NCBI RefSeq assembly: GCF_009914755.1
Contig: NC_060925.1
Reading direction: 5' to 3' (one strand)
Source of the DNA: the human T2T-CHM13v2.0 reference genome, Homo sapiens
DNA: 64,000 nt
Part shown: positions 13,486 to 26,750 of the stretch, piece by piece
Layout of the letters: each line of letters opens with the position of its first letter
Position numbering within the stretch: the stretch's first letter is position 1
Translations under genes and position numbers: made by a program
The notes under the pieces: model-generated
What the model was told of the DNA's origin: nothing
The model's database searches: none
The model's input: the letters and a program-made list of their open reading frames with translations, nothing else

Positions 13486-15359
13486 AGCCCTGGCACCTAA
13501 AATAGTGGCTACTCATAGCAAGCACTCAGTATCTGCAGAATGAACCAATAGATCTACCTCTGCCTCTTTTCCTTCCATTTCTTCCTGACTTCTACCCTTG
13601 GAGAGGCAGCCCTCACCAGGTAGTAGACCTTATGGCATTTCATTATGGTTAGCTACTTCTTCCTCTTTAAACTGTGAGCTCTTTGAGCACCAGAACCTGC
13701 ACCAGCTGCCACAACCTGGCCACCAACCAGGTGCTCAATTAGTGCTAGTTGAAGGAACCAGTAAAATTCATTGAAGGCTGCTCCCCTTAGCCTCACTTAG
13801 CCTGCATTTAGTTGACTCCAAGCAGGAATTTTCTATCTGATTCTCTTTGTTTTGTCTGAACCCGAGATGTTGAGGCTGGAAATACAGTCAAGATCCAATT
13901 TGTGAGCTAGCTTATGAGTCAGGTTAAGGAATTTACACTGTATCCTAAAAACAGTAGGAGTCATCAATGCAATTTAACCAGGTGGAACTTTCATTAAAAT
14001 GTAACTATGTGATGTGAGGATGGGGAAGAAGGAACTAATTGGCCCTTTCTCTTCAGACCTCTTGACTTCAGCTTTCTGGGGACTGGCATTTCCACTGTTC
14101 TTCCATCATTTCTGAGGGTATCATTGGTTTACCCTCTCAATCCAAATGTTCCTCTGTGGTTCCCCATTTTGATGTTTAATCTTTGAGGCATCCACTTATG
14201 TATTCATCGATCCTTCAGCAGTCATGTACTGGAAACCCTTAGGATGCATGCTCTGTAAGACAGGGCGTTCTGCCTTGTCCACTGCTGTGGCCCCAAGAGT
14301 GGGAGGAGTGGGCTGTCAGTAGGCCACCAATAAATATCTGTGTTCTGGCTGACCCCCATATGCTAGGATACTGGAGATGAGGAACTGGAGAAGGTGCTTA
14401 AAGAGCACATCTGTCTGGTAGAGGACACAGAGCTGTCCTTCAAGCATTTGAACGATGTTCTCATTTCCCTGGAATCTTCTCCTCTCCAGGCTCACATCTC
14501 TAGCTCCTTCAATGATTCCTCTTGCGACATCATTTTAGTTCTCTTCCCCAACCTAGTCTTTTTGCTTTTAATGAATGATCACTGATGTATAGCCCTGATG
14601 ACATCTGGTGTCCACAGTGGTGCCTGATGCTCCGGGTGAAGTTGAAGTTTGACCAGTAAGAGGGAAGAAAGAATGGCTCCTCCCTCATTTCAGAGAATAC
14701 ATCCTAGTCACAAGTGCCCCTAATGTCACTCAGGTTTTTGATAGCTACATTCCCTCACTGATCCAGTAGAATACACTACCAACTGATGCACCATCTTGAT
14801 TAACAACAGCAAGCCTCCCCTTCCTTCCTCAGTATCTCTCCTCACATGGTCTCCCATCCAGATTTGCTTTAAGCCTGCCACTCTGGAAGGGACACCAGAG
14901 ATCATTTAAATAAAACACATTATAGAACTGGTTAATAGGCTACCTCTATGTCTCTGCAAATATTCCAAGCATAGTTTGGTGAGTATAATCAAAGACCAAA
15001 ACAATGTTTGATCCTCATGGAGGGACACTATGTCTTGTTATACTATTGTAAGTTCCCGGGGTTTTATTCATTTTGGCATTTAGTGGATTTGTCTTTGACA
15101 TGTTGGATTTAAGGACATCATTATTCTTGGAATTTAGAAAAGAACACTGTGCCTGGCATGACATGAAGCCAACTTAGAAAACCCAAATTTGAATCCCATT
15201 TTTGCCACTTAACTAGCTGTGTGATCTTGGGAAAGTTGGTTAATCTCATAAAACCTCAGTGTTTTCATCTAATAAAGAATACTAATATAAACATAGAATG
15301 GACAGAAAAAGTGCTAAAAATGTACAAACAGTTCATGTAATAACTAGTACAAAAGTTTT

Positions 15360-15965
15360 ACAAAGGTGAACATATGAAAAAGATGTTTAACTTTACTAAG
15401 GATAAAAAACGAGGTATGATCTTAAAGTGATTTTACCTAGCAGGTACTTTAACAGGCACTTGTAGGCATTGAGTGCAGAAAAATAGATACTCTTCCCCAT
15501 TGATGGTAGAAATATAAGTCATAACAGTTTTCTTAAAAGATATTTATAAATTCATGTAAAAACCCTGAAAATGTGCATACCTTTTACCCCAAAATAATTC
15601 CACTTATTGTTTTGAGCCTAGAAAAATAATCATAGCAGTATATAAGGATCTATCTACAAGGATGTTTATCTCAACATTTTTATAAATAATGATAAGTTGA
15701 ATATAATGGTAACTGTGTAATTGTGGTCACTAAAAGTAATATTTTAGAAGAATACTTCATAATGTGGAAAATACATATTACATTAAAAAGAAAAAACTAT
15801 GTCTAGTATAATTCCAATTTGCAAAAATAATTTGTGTGTTTATATGTATGTGTACAGAATATATGCTACATATTAACCTTAATTATCTGTGGTTTGTGGA
15901 TGTAGATGATTTTAATTCCCTTCTTTGTGCTTCTATTCTTCAAAATTACCACAACAAGTATTATT
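15360..15965 (+). mobile_element. Highly degenerate L1ME-type 3' fragment
   Basis: aacatatgaaaaagatgtttaactttacta, atgtgcataccttttacccc, acaaggatgtttat, AT-rich tail. Confidence 0.6.
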
Positions 15966-17569
15966 TTTAAAAGGGTGGAATGAGAATGCCCTGGGGTATC
16001 TTATAAGAATGTGATGAAAGTCTAAATTTAAATTATAAATTAAATCATGCACATTTATTGTATTATTGTTAGATATTAGACTGATCTCAAGCTTTGCCTT
16101 TCTTTTTCTCCCTTCTTCCCTTTCTCCTTCCCTCTCTGTCTCCATCTGCCCCTTTTTCTTTTCTTCACTGTCTATTCTCTCCTTTCCTTCTAGGCCCGGT
16201 TTTTTCCTGCTCCTTCCATGGGGAGCATTGCTCAGCTGCCCCTAGGATTCAGAGTCAAATAGTTTGCTGACCCTGGTCTGAAGCTCATTTGACCAAACTG
16301 AGCAAGAAGTGCACAAGTTTCTTGCATTTCCTTCCAGACCTCTAGTAGCCCTGACACACATCCTGGACTAATCAAGACTATGTGAAACGTACGTCCATCA
16401 GTTCAGAGTTGAGCTCTTGTCATATAGGAGCAAATTACCAACTTCTCAAAAACTGCCAGGGGTGGGAAGGGGTTCTTTCCTTCTGCATCCCAAGTGCTGG
16501 ATGCCTCTGCCTTCCAACACTACTCGAAAATAGCTTTGTCAAACAAAGCATGAACACTAGGAGTTTCTGACATTTTCATAACTATGAGCATATGATTTGC
16601 AGTTCATATTGAATAACGATGTAAGAAATCTGCCAAGAAAGCTCCAAATACTATTTCCAGCACTGGTTCATAACCAGTTACAGCTGCCTCACCACAGAAT
16701 GTGAGCACAGTAGACTACCATGTTCCATGGTCTCTTGCTTGCAAAATTTGTATTGAGTTACTAGGAGTCATTCTAATGGGGGAAGTCACTCTCCTGGAAA
16801 GCATTTAAGATGAATAAAGTGAAGGGTTTAATGTTCTAATGAAAAAATTTGTCAATATATTAATCAAATGTGTGAACACTAAACGTTTTTACGTATGTTT
16901 GCTGTAGAGGTTTTAAGGCGGGCTTTGGCTTTCCAGACTCAAATAAAGTAGATAGATGCACTGTTAAACTTTCGAACAATGACAAAGAAAAACATGGGGT
17001 AATTGCTTCACTCAAAGCCTGCCAGGAGATTAATTGCCTAAGAGATGTATTTTGTGCAGTATCCAAAAACTGCAGAATCTACAGGAGTGTCTTGCTTTCA
17101 CTAGGAGAAAACGTATGTCACCTCTCACCAAAGATGTTTATGTCTTTTCACAAACCTGTCTTTTTGCAGTCTAAAAACATTCCAACTGGAAATGACTACA
17201 AAGCTGGGAGTTGATAGGTTAGGGGTGTTTAGTAAAGCTTCAAATACTCTCATGGAGTCAGATACGATTCCGTACTACGAGCCCCACATAACAGCAACCT
17301 GGGCCCAGGGATTGTGAAGCCTTTTCATTTCTGGTTAATCAGTGGGAGAGGTGGGGAGCCATGAGCCTGCCTTGGACCCGCCAGCCCCGAAACTAAAAGA
17401 CTAAAGTTGCAGGGCTTATGGGGAGTTCGCCTAGTGCACTTAAGAAATAGGGATGGAACTTGCCTTGTTCCACCTTTGGGATTGTATTCAAATGAGGGCT
17501 TGCTAAAGGCTGAAGGTGTTGGAATCTGTAGGAGGTCTGTGTAGCCATAGCAGAGAAACATAGAGTGCG

Positions 17570-18260
17570 CTTTTATAAACATTTATTTGGTGCCTTCTAC
17601 AAACCAAGTTATATGTACTAGACTCTGCTGGGAGTGAGACTGGGGTTGCATTACTACTACATGGAAAAGTAAGAACAGTTGCTGTATTTCTGGAACATTC
17701 TGCCTGGTAGAGGAACAGACTTCTCAACAAATAATAATTATACAGTGAAGGATGCTAGAGAGAACATATTTTCTCATGAACTAATCTGAAAGTTTCAGGA
17801 AAGCATCTTAAAGGAGATAAGACTGAACCGAAACTGGAAGGATGAGGGACAGAGAGCCAGGTGAAGAAAAATGAGAATGGATTTCCTGGAAGGGAAATAG
17901 CCAAGGCACAAACATCAGTGCCAGTGTGATATGTTCAGAAACTATAAGCTGTTCTTTAATACCAGGACCTGAGAACCAAGAGGGGCAATGCAGGAGACTG
18001 GGCTGAAGATGTCCATGGGGCAGTTATATAGGGACCTTGTGATTGCTGTTAATGTGCTAGGACTGTTGCCAGTGGACTTTATACAATAGAGAGTCACTGA
18101 ACATTTGTGAGAAAGAGATAATGCAATCTACCTATTAGCTCATCATTCTATGGCAACAGGAAAGATCAATTTACAGGCCAAGAATGGAGGTAGAGAGACC
18201 AGTTAGGAGACTCCTGCAGCCATCTTGGTGGGATATTTTGAGAGCTTACACTAGAGTAAC
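17570..18260 (-). mobile_element. L2 fragment
   Basis: aacatttatttggtgccttct...gaagatgagg...gagaccagttaggagact, typical of antisense L2. Confidence 0.55.
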
Positions 18261-19134
18261 CATAAAAGGTTAGAATTGGAAAGAACATATTATACAGTTC
18301 AACTTCCATATTATACAAATGGAGTAAGTGAGGACAAAGAAGGTAAGTGACCTATCCAAGGTTGTATGGAAATAACCTTGTTGGCAGCCAAAGTGGGACC
18401 AAGACCCTGGTCTTCTCATTTCCAGTCCGGTGACTTTTCCACTCAGCAATGCCAAGTTCAGTCCCAGCATCATGCTTCAGTTAGGGAATGCCCTAGAGAA
18501 ACTTGAAATGTACTTGGCTGGCATTTTTCCTGGCCATATCTAGGAAGTGAGAACAGTCCTTGTTGGATGGAGGGACCTTGAATCCAGCCAGGCTGCCTGG
18601 GAGGGATCTTTTTCTGTTCATTATCTTTCTGGCTTTAGGTACCTCCCACATCTTCCACCCTCTTCTTCTCCTCTAAAAATCCTTCTTCAGCCATTGCTTA
18701 CAAATTCTCTCCCTTCTGCTGAGTCTAGGCAGTGTAGAACAAAACCTAGCACCTTTTTTCAAGTTTGTTTCCTCAATATTTTAACCTAACTATTGTATCA
18801 CTGTTAAGCACTTGGGCAATTTTGAGGATGAATAATCCAATAAAATCGAACTGTTTCCATCTAAACTCCTTCCACACTTTACATGGCGGTGTTATTTGTG
18901 CAAATACTGTTTTGTGTTGTCTCTTTTTCACTAAATCATATATGTACACATTTCAAAGCTCTTGGCTTTATTATATATTTCTTATAATGGACACTGCAAG
19001 AAATTTGGAGCAAGACCTAAGCTTTTGGGAAAGAGACTTAATCTCTGGACCTAATTCTTCAACTATAAAATGGAGATAATGCTACCTACCTTGAGGGGTT
19101 CCTGGTACAAGGTAGGCGTATAGTAAGCTTTCAT

Positions 19135-19325
19135 CTCTCTCTCTTTCTCTGTCTCTCTCTGTCTCTCTCCTCTTTCTCTTTCCTCTGTGTGTGTCTGTCT
19201 CTTTCTCTGTCTCCTCTCTCTGTCTCTCTCTCTCTCTGTCTCTCTCTCTCTCTGTCTCTCTCTCCTCTTTCTCTCTTTGTCTTTCCGCTGTGTGTGTCTG
19301 TCTCTTTCTCTGTCTCCTCTCTCTT
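19135..19325. repeat. Compound (CT)n/(CTGT)n/(GT)n microsatellite
   Basis: About 190 nt of tctctctctctttctctgtctctctctg... Confidence 0.92.
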
Positions 19326-19904
19326 GGTTGCTTCTGGTTTGGGGCAATGTAGTATTTTCATAAACATGTATGATCACAAATTATATCCATGCTGAAATTC
19401 AAAGGTAATTTTTTTGATGTCTACCTCGAGGCCTAGAATACTGTTGAGCATAGAATAAAATCTCAATAGGGCATAATGGTAGGAAGAAGAAATGAAGAGG
19501 AGAAAAAGAATAAACCATCTTAACTTGAAAACCAAATTAGCTGAGATGCTCGTGAGCTTCCAATCTCATACAGGCATTCTAATAACAAGTATTCACTTAC
19601 TGTGGACCCAAGAATGGCCAGATGGCTTGTGAAGAACATCAGCCTCAGCAATCACACAGATTTCCACCTTAGATGGCCTTTTGCAGCCTTTGGAGGATGG
19701 ATTGGAAGAGTGGAAGGTTGGAGGCAGGGCTCTCAGTGAGGGGCAGCTGACAGGTGGTGGGACCTGAGCCATGAGGGAAGAAAGTGGTCAAATTCAAGAA
19801 TTCCTTTGGAAGCAAATTTAGTTTTCAAGGTTGCTACTCTTAGAAGCTGCCCCTCTTCCTCTTCTCATTATTTCTTCCATTTAGCAAAACTAAATGCATG
19901 GGGA

Positions 19905-20214
19905 GGCCAGGTATGGTGGCTCATGCCTGTAATCTCAGCACTTAGGGAGATCAAGGTGGGAGGATTGCTTGAGTCCAGGAGTTCAAGACCAGCCTGGGCA
20001 ACATAGCAAGACCCTGTCTCTACAAAAAAAAAAAAAAAAAAAAGTAAAAAAACTAGCCAAGCATGGTGGCACAAGCCTGTAGTTACAGCTACTCAGGAGG
20101 CTAAGGCAGGAGAATCACTTAAGCCTGGAAGTTTGAGGCTGCAGTGAGCTGTGGTCTCACCACCGCACTCCAGCCTAGGTGACAGAGTGAGATCCTGTCT
20201 CAAAAAATAAAGAA
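19905..20214 (+). mobile_element. AluJ
   Basis: TSD aaatgcatgggga (19892-19904) / aaatgcatggaga (20215-20227). Expanded A linker. Confidence 0.92.
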
Positions 20215-23200
20215 AAATGCATGGAGAGGTTGGGTGGCTGGGGTGGGGAAGTAGAGAGATTGACTACACATTTCAGATTGCTAGAGGATGCCACCACACA
20301 GAAATTAAAATAAAAAGTGGGAGAGATTTAATTCACTTATTGAACGTTTATTTATTAAGTATCAACAACTTGACACTGAATAGGCACTATTCTGGCCATT
20401 AGGGACATAGTAGTGACCAAAGCAAAGTTCCTAGTCCCATGAAGTTTGTTTATAAACAATAAACAATTGAATATATCAATACAGAGTATGCCTGATGAGA
20501 CTAAATATTAACACAAGAGGTAATAATCAAGTAAGTGTCGGGGGGAAGTGGCAGGGCATGAGGTCAGAGAGGCAAGGTGAGGCAGGAGAAGATGATGTAA
20601 GGATATTGTAAAGATGCCAGTTTTACTTAGCATGACAAGGGAAGCCTTTAGGAAGATTGAAACAGAGGAGGAACAGGACAAATCTGTGCATTACAAATTA
20701 ATCATTATTTTAATGTGAATTGCTGCTTCTGCCATTATAAAAATTTGTAAGATTCTACCTGTGACATGGGCATCTCTGTATTGCCTTTGGGTGGGTGCTG
20801 GAGTTGAGGGTACAGAGAGGCATTAAACTCACCATTGCTTTTTACGGAGGCCAGTAGTCTTTTTTTAACCACCATCAGCAGAAGGAATGGGAAACAAAGC
20901 TGAGATGAGACAGAAAAGCAAGAATTGGGGATTGGGTTTCACCCCACTTCTGAGTAGTAAGATGAAATTAAAACCCTTCTAAGATGTCCCTGAATTCCAT
21001 TTACCACTCTTTCCACAAACCTTCTCTTTTTCAATCCATGCCCAAAGGCATAAAAGGAAAGAAAAAAAAAATCAAAGCAATTCCAGTAACACTTGTGGTA
21101 GAAAATCTGCCTAGATTGGTATGTGTGAATTTCATATTATTCTAAAGTCCCATTATTCTTAATAGGCAATTTTAGGGGGTGGTTTGAATGCCTGATATTT
21201 GGAGAACTTTCAAAGCACATCCAAGGGGTCTCTAATAAGAACTTGGGGGCACTGAACTCGGGGACTCCAAGTGTCACCTATGCATTTCCAGCTTCAGCCT
21301 AACCTTGGGGGCAAAGCAGGCCCTTAACAGAGGAAAAGTAAAAACAACCAAAGCATTCTTAGAGGTGCAAGGCCGCCCTATCGTGAAAACCTCAGTAAAT
21401 TGAAGACAGTAAAAAATCACTCATTCTTTTGATTAGCAATCTTCTGTATTCTTGCAAATACTGTACTAGTGCAGTCCTATCATTTCAAATGTGTGTTTAA
21501 ATAGGAATAAAATATATTACACACATAATTTTCCCTCAAATTACGTTTGTGAGATACAAGCCTGGGTAATTCTGCTCCTGTTCCAAGTGAAATGCAAACC
21601 CTTGTGTTTCCAAACATCACTATGAAGCAAAGCCAATACCTTCCCTTTTCTGAGTTGGACACAAGTAACTCTTCCGTGCTGCTCTGGAAACTATGACAGA
21701 ACGTTATTCATCTGTTTGTTTTAATAGCCAAGGGAAAAAAACTTCAAAATTTTGATTTAATTTTTTAAAGAAAAAAAGGTGGTATGAAACAGGTCGAGGG
21801 ACTCTTTAGCTAAGCGAATAAATGTTAACCAAATTGTCACTGACCAGATGTGGGAACCAGCATGTGATATTCGACACAGTCACCTCAAAATTGCTTATGC
21901 TTACAAAGGCATTCCAATAAAAGAAAAAGGGATGTAAGGGTTAGCTGAATTCTCAACCCTATAGATTTAAGGCTTCTCTGTGAGTCGTTGGCCCTCTGGG
22001 TTGACATGCCTTGATTGGCTCCCTTTCAAAACTGACCTTAAAGGTCAAGTATGTTAACACGTACTTTTTGATGCCCACTTTCAGACCGGTCTTTAGAAAG
22101 CAGAGTTTGTGAGATAACTTCAGGATCACATATTTAACCTGTAATCTCTTGACCACAGCCAGCCTGAGGTGAAGTCTGCTTTTGGTGCTCCCGACAGCTC
22201 CCCTTCCTGGATCCTCACCCTCCCCAGCCATCCCTTTCCTTGTCTCTGCCTATACCTGTCCAGAGATGCTCCCTCTCCCAGGGCCATCATTTCAAGGTGT
22301 GTGCAGCTAGGGCTGATAAGATTTAAGTGATGCCCCCTCCTCCTGGTTAGCAGTTAACTAAGGTTGCTTCCAGGCTTGAAGTCTCCTCCAGAAGAGGAAG
22401 GAGGTAGGTTGGAATAGGAGGTAACTTTTCAGACCACCTCCAATTATAATCTGTTCTTAAAGTTTCTATGTCTCTGATCTTCTGTCTACATTGGAATAAT
22501 TCTGCATCTTTTACTTGGATCCTTAATTTTATAATGTAGCCCCATTTTTATTAAAAGCCAGGGCTAATTTTACCTTGAGAGATCTGTTTGCCCCTCCCAA
22601 GGGAGAAGAACGCTGCCTCTGAAGTGGGAAGCTTCACACTCAGCTCGAGGTTACTAGAGCCATTATGTGGCCATGCTTTTAACCAGATCTGCTAATAGGT
22701 GGCCCGATTCACAAGTTTTAAAAAGGGATGTTTTCCATTTATTCATGGCCATGATGGTCTTTTGGGAAAGCATTAGTAAGTTGTGTTTGCTTGGGTAAAG
22801 AGAAATTGCTATCCATATGACAGAAAATAACTCCCACTTTAATAAACTGCTCACTGAGCAAACCTATGGACCGTCCATCTCTTTGAGCTGTGTGATGACT
22901 TTCCTTCAAGGGTTTTAGGGGCAGCCATCTTGATGTGATTTCCTCTCCATGGCTCAAAACAGGGTGTATGAAAGGGGCTGGGGGGATAAATTCAGAGGTC
23001 AGAGGTGTTGGGCTATTTATTTCACTGCTCTCTGTCCCTATGAGGCTGCCATGCTGTGGGATTGCCAAGTCACTGTCCCCGGCATTCCATTTGAAGAGCC
23101 ATGAGAATCAGAACAAAAGAACCTGCTGATACTGAGTAAACTGCTCATGCTTATATCAGTTTAGTCTGCTTGGAAGTGACTTACAAAGCTACCCCCACGA

Positions 23201-23281
23201 CCTCCCCCACCTTGAGGCCTGAATTTGCAACCATTGGCCCTCTCCCAAGGTCCCTCTACCTTGGCCCTTGTGTAAATGATA

Positions 23282-24142
23282 TTTTTTTTTAATTAAGGTG
23301 GAATTCACATAACATAGAGTTCACCATTTTATTTTATTATTTATTTTGTTATCGTTATGTTTTAAAGAGATGGTCTTGCTCCGTCACCCAGGCTGGAGTG
23401 CAGTGATGTGATCATGGCTAACTACAGCCTCAAACTCCTGGACTCAAGCAATCCTCCTGCCTCAGCCCCCTGAATAGATAGGACTACATGTGTGTGCCAC
23501 CATGCCCTGCTAATTTTTTCATTTTTAATTTTGTAGACACAGAGTCTCACTATGTTGTCCGGGCTGGTCTTGAACTCCAGGCCTCAAGCAATCCTCCCAA
23601 CCTTGATCTCCTAAAGTGCGGGGATTATAGGCATGAGCCACTGCACCCAGCCAGAATTAACCATATTAAAATGAATAAGTCAATAGTAGTTAGTATATTC
23701 ATAATGTTGTATAACCGCCACATCTGTCTACTTCCAAAACATTTTCATCATCCCAAAATAAAATTCCTTGCCCGCTAAGCAGTTACTTCTTATTCCTCCC
23801 TGTCCCCAGCCCCTAGCAACCACCGATCTGCTTTTCTCTAAAGACTTACCTATTTTAAATATTTCATATAAATGGGATCATACAATATGTGCCCTTTTTG
23901 TTCAGCTTATTTCACTTAGCATGTTTTTGAGGCTCTCCCACATCGTAACCTGTTTCAGTACCTCATTCATTTTTCGTGGCTGAATAATATAGTCTATTGT
24001 ATGTATCTACCACCTTTTGTCTATCCATTCATCTGTTGATGAACACCTGAGTTGTTCCCACCTTTGGACTATTGTGAATAGTGCTGCTCTGCACATTTGT
24101 GTACAAGTGTGTGTTTGAGTACCTGTTTTCAATTCTTTGGTT
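23282..24142 (-). mobile_element. L1MB/ME 3' end fragment, interrupted by AluJ
   Basis: gaattcacataacata...cattttcatcatccc...atttcatataaatgggatcatacaatatgt...tatccattcatctgttgatg...attgtgaatagtgctgct. Confidence 0.85.
23331..23652 (-). mobile_element. AluJ nested in L1
   Basis: TSD agagttcaccatttt (23316-23330) / agaattaaccatatt (23653-23667). Confidence 0.92.
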
Positions 24143-24196
24143 TAAGTGAGATTTTACAGTCAGGAAAGTCCCTCTGCATCCATTCTCTTCTCATTA

Positions 24197-24545
<349 letters not shown>

Positions 24546-26481
24546 TTATCCCCAAAAAGAATATTTTAGGACCAAATTTGTCAGTACCGATCGGTTCAGC
24601 TATGTCTGCCCATGCCCTGTATATTCTGATGAGGAAGAAAATCGCTTCCAATTAGAGGATACTCCTGGTATGGAGAAGGGTCCACTTTGGTGGGCTACCC
24701 TGGGATAGTCTCCTCATCTCTTCTAGTTCTATTGGCCTGTCAGTGGTAAGGTGGGCGCTAAACAGATAAAATAGTATATGAAACTGGAAATCTGTGGAAT
24801 GGTTTGATGAAAGTACTGGGAATGGGTGGGGTTAGTGAGTGACTAACTTTCCAGGGAAGGTAGGGGCATTTGGGTCTGAAAGATGAGAACATTCACAAGG
24901 AGAACGAGGGGGTGGAGGGCATGCCAGCCCTAAGGATGAGCATGGGTCAAGCCATGTCCGCATCGAAGTGCATCCTGTGGTTTGAGACTAGCAAGATCAT
25001 CCACATGACTAATACCATCAGGCTTGTAGGCTTGTCTGGCAGGGAAGGAAGCTGGAAAAACTGGCAAGAACTAGATTATGAAGTCTCTGCAGAACAGCAT
25101 TTCCTTTCCTTGCTCTGCAGTGGTTCCTAGATGGGCACTCCTTTTGCTGCCGCACTGTTCCACGATCCCTCTTAGCACTCTTCAAATATCCTTCATAAGC
25201 TCCTTGCCCTGGAGAAGGAGGAGACCCTGGAGGTGGATTACAGACCACATTTGCGTTTCCCAATCCCATGGCAGAGAATATGGCAGGTTGTAGAGGCTGG
25301 CAACATGGTAACTCAATTACCTTTATGAGAAACATGAGCTCCCATCACAAAGCACCCCTGCACCTTGACATCATGGTGAGGCAGCGGCGCACGCTGGTGC
25401 CAGCCACTGTGATGAATGGCCAAATTCCATTTGCCCTTTCACAATGCACTTTTCTTCTCCATTGAATGCAGCCTTGGGCACGCTCACTGCAAGTGCCCTT
25501 GCACTTTTGCTACCTTGCCACTTGCTTCATGTTTTTAATTTGCTGAGCATGGAGTAAGGCAGGAAGACATCAATGATGAAAGAAGTGTGAGCTGGAAAAA
25601 AGCATAAAGCTGATTAATGCTGGAGGAGCATTTGTTCCCCTCCAGCCAAAGCCAGTGGGGAAAAATGGAAAAGAAAGAAATGTGTTTTTGACTTTATGTT
25701 TAAAAGAAAACCTTTTACCACCCAGAATGCACCAAAGCTTCTCCACAGCAGAAAGCCCCTCTAAGCAGTGCAAAAACTCCATTGCCAAGCCACTTGGAAA
25801 GAAGTTATAGAGTGTGGTTAGAAACACTATTTAGAGCAAATCTAGCTCTTCTACTTGCTGCGTAACTTTGGATAAGTTCTCTATGCTTTCTGAGTCTCAC
25901 TTTTCTCATCTGTAGAACAGGAATAATTACATCTTTACCTTTTTTTATAAGATTGTTGTTGGGATAAAATGACTTAGTATCTGTTTTGTAAGTATATAAA
26001 ACTTAGCAGTATCTGATACAGAATCAAGACTCGTTATAAGGTCTCTTTCTCGAGTAGGCTGATTTAACTAAGAGTAGTATTGAAACGCAGAACATAGTTA
26101 CAGATCTAACAACATGGGATAGTGGCCTCATCTTGAGTTTCAGTTTAAATCCTAGCTCCACCACAGACTGACTTTGTGAATTTGAGCAAGTTACTTAACT
26201 TCTCTGAATTTGAGTTTCTCTCTCGTAAAATAAGGATAATAGCTCATCAGGGGCTGCTTTGAAGAAAGCACCTAACACAGTACCCAGCCCAGAGCAGCAG
26301 ACACTTAATACATGTTTGGTTTTTTTCAGTGTTGTGGTTCTCAACCACATTCAAATCACCTGATAGGTTTCTTTAAGCATAGATACCTAAGCCTCATCCC
26401 CAGAGACTATGATTTAATAGGTCTAAGGTGGGGCCTGGGCATTCGTATTTCCTAAAGCTTCTCAAGGAGATTCTTTCATTC

Positions 26482-26750
26482 TTTTTTTTTTTTTTTTTTG
26501 AGATGGAGTCTCACTCTGTCACCCAGGCTGGAGTGAAGTGGCATGATCTTGGCTCACTGCAACCTCCACCTCCTGGGTTCAAGTGATTCTCCTACCTCAG
26601 CCCCCTGACTAGCTGGGATTACAGGCACCTGCCACCACACCCAACTAATTTTTGTATTTTTAGTAGAGATGGGGTTTCACCATGTTGACTAGGCTGGTCT
26701 TGAACTCCTGACCTCAGATGATCCACCCGTCTCGGCCTCCCAGTGTGCTG
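26482..26750 (-). mobile_element. AluS, 5'-truncated, nested in a MER5-like element (about 26330-26790)
   Basis: T tail then gagatggagtctcactctgtc. Approximate TSD caaggagattct / caaggcgattct. Confidence 0.92.
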
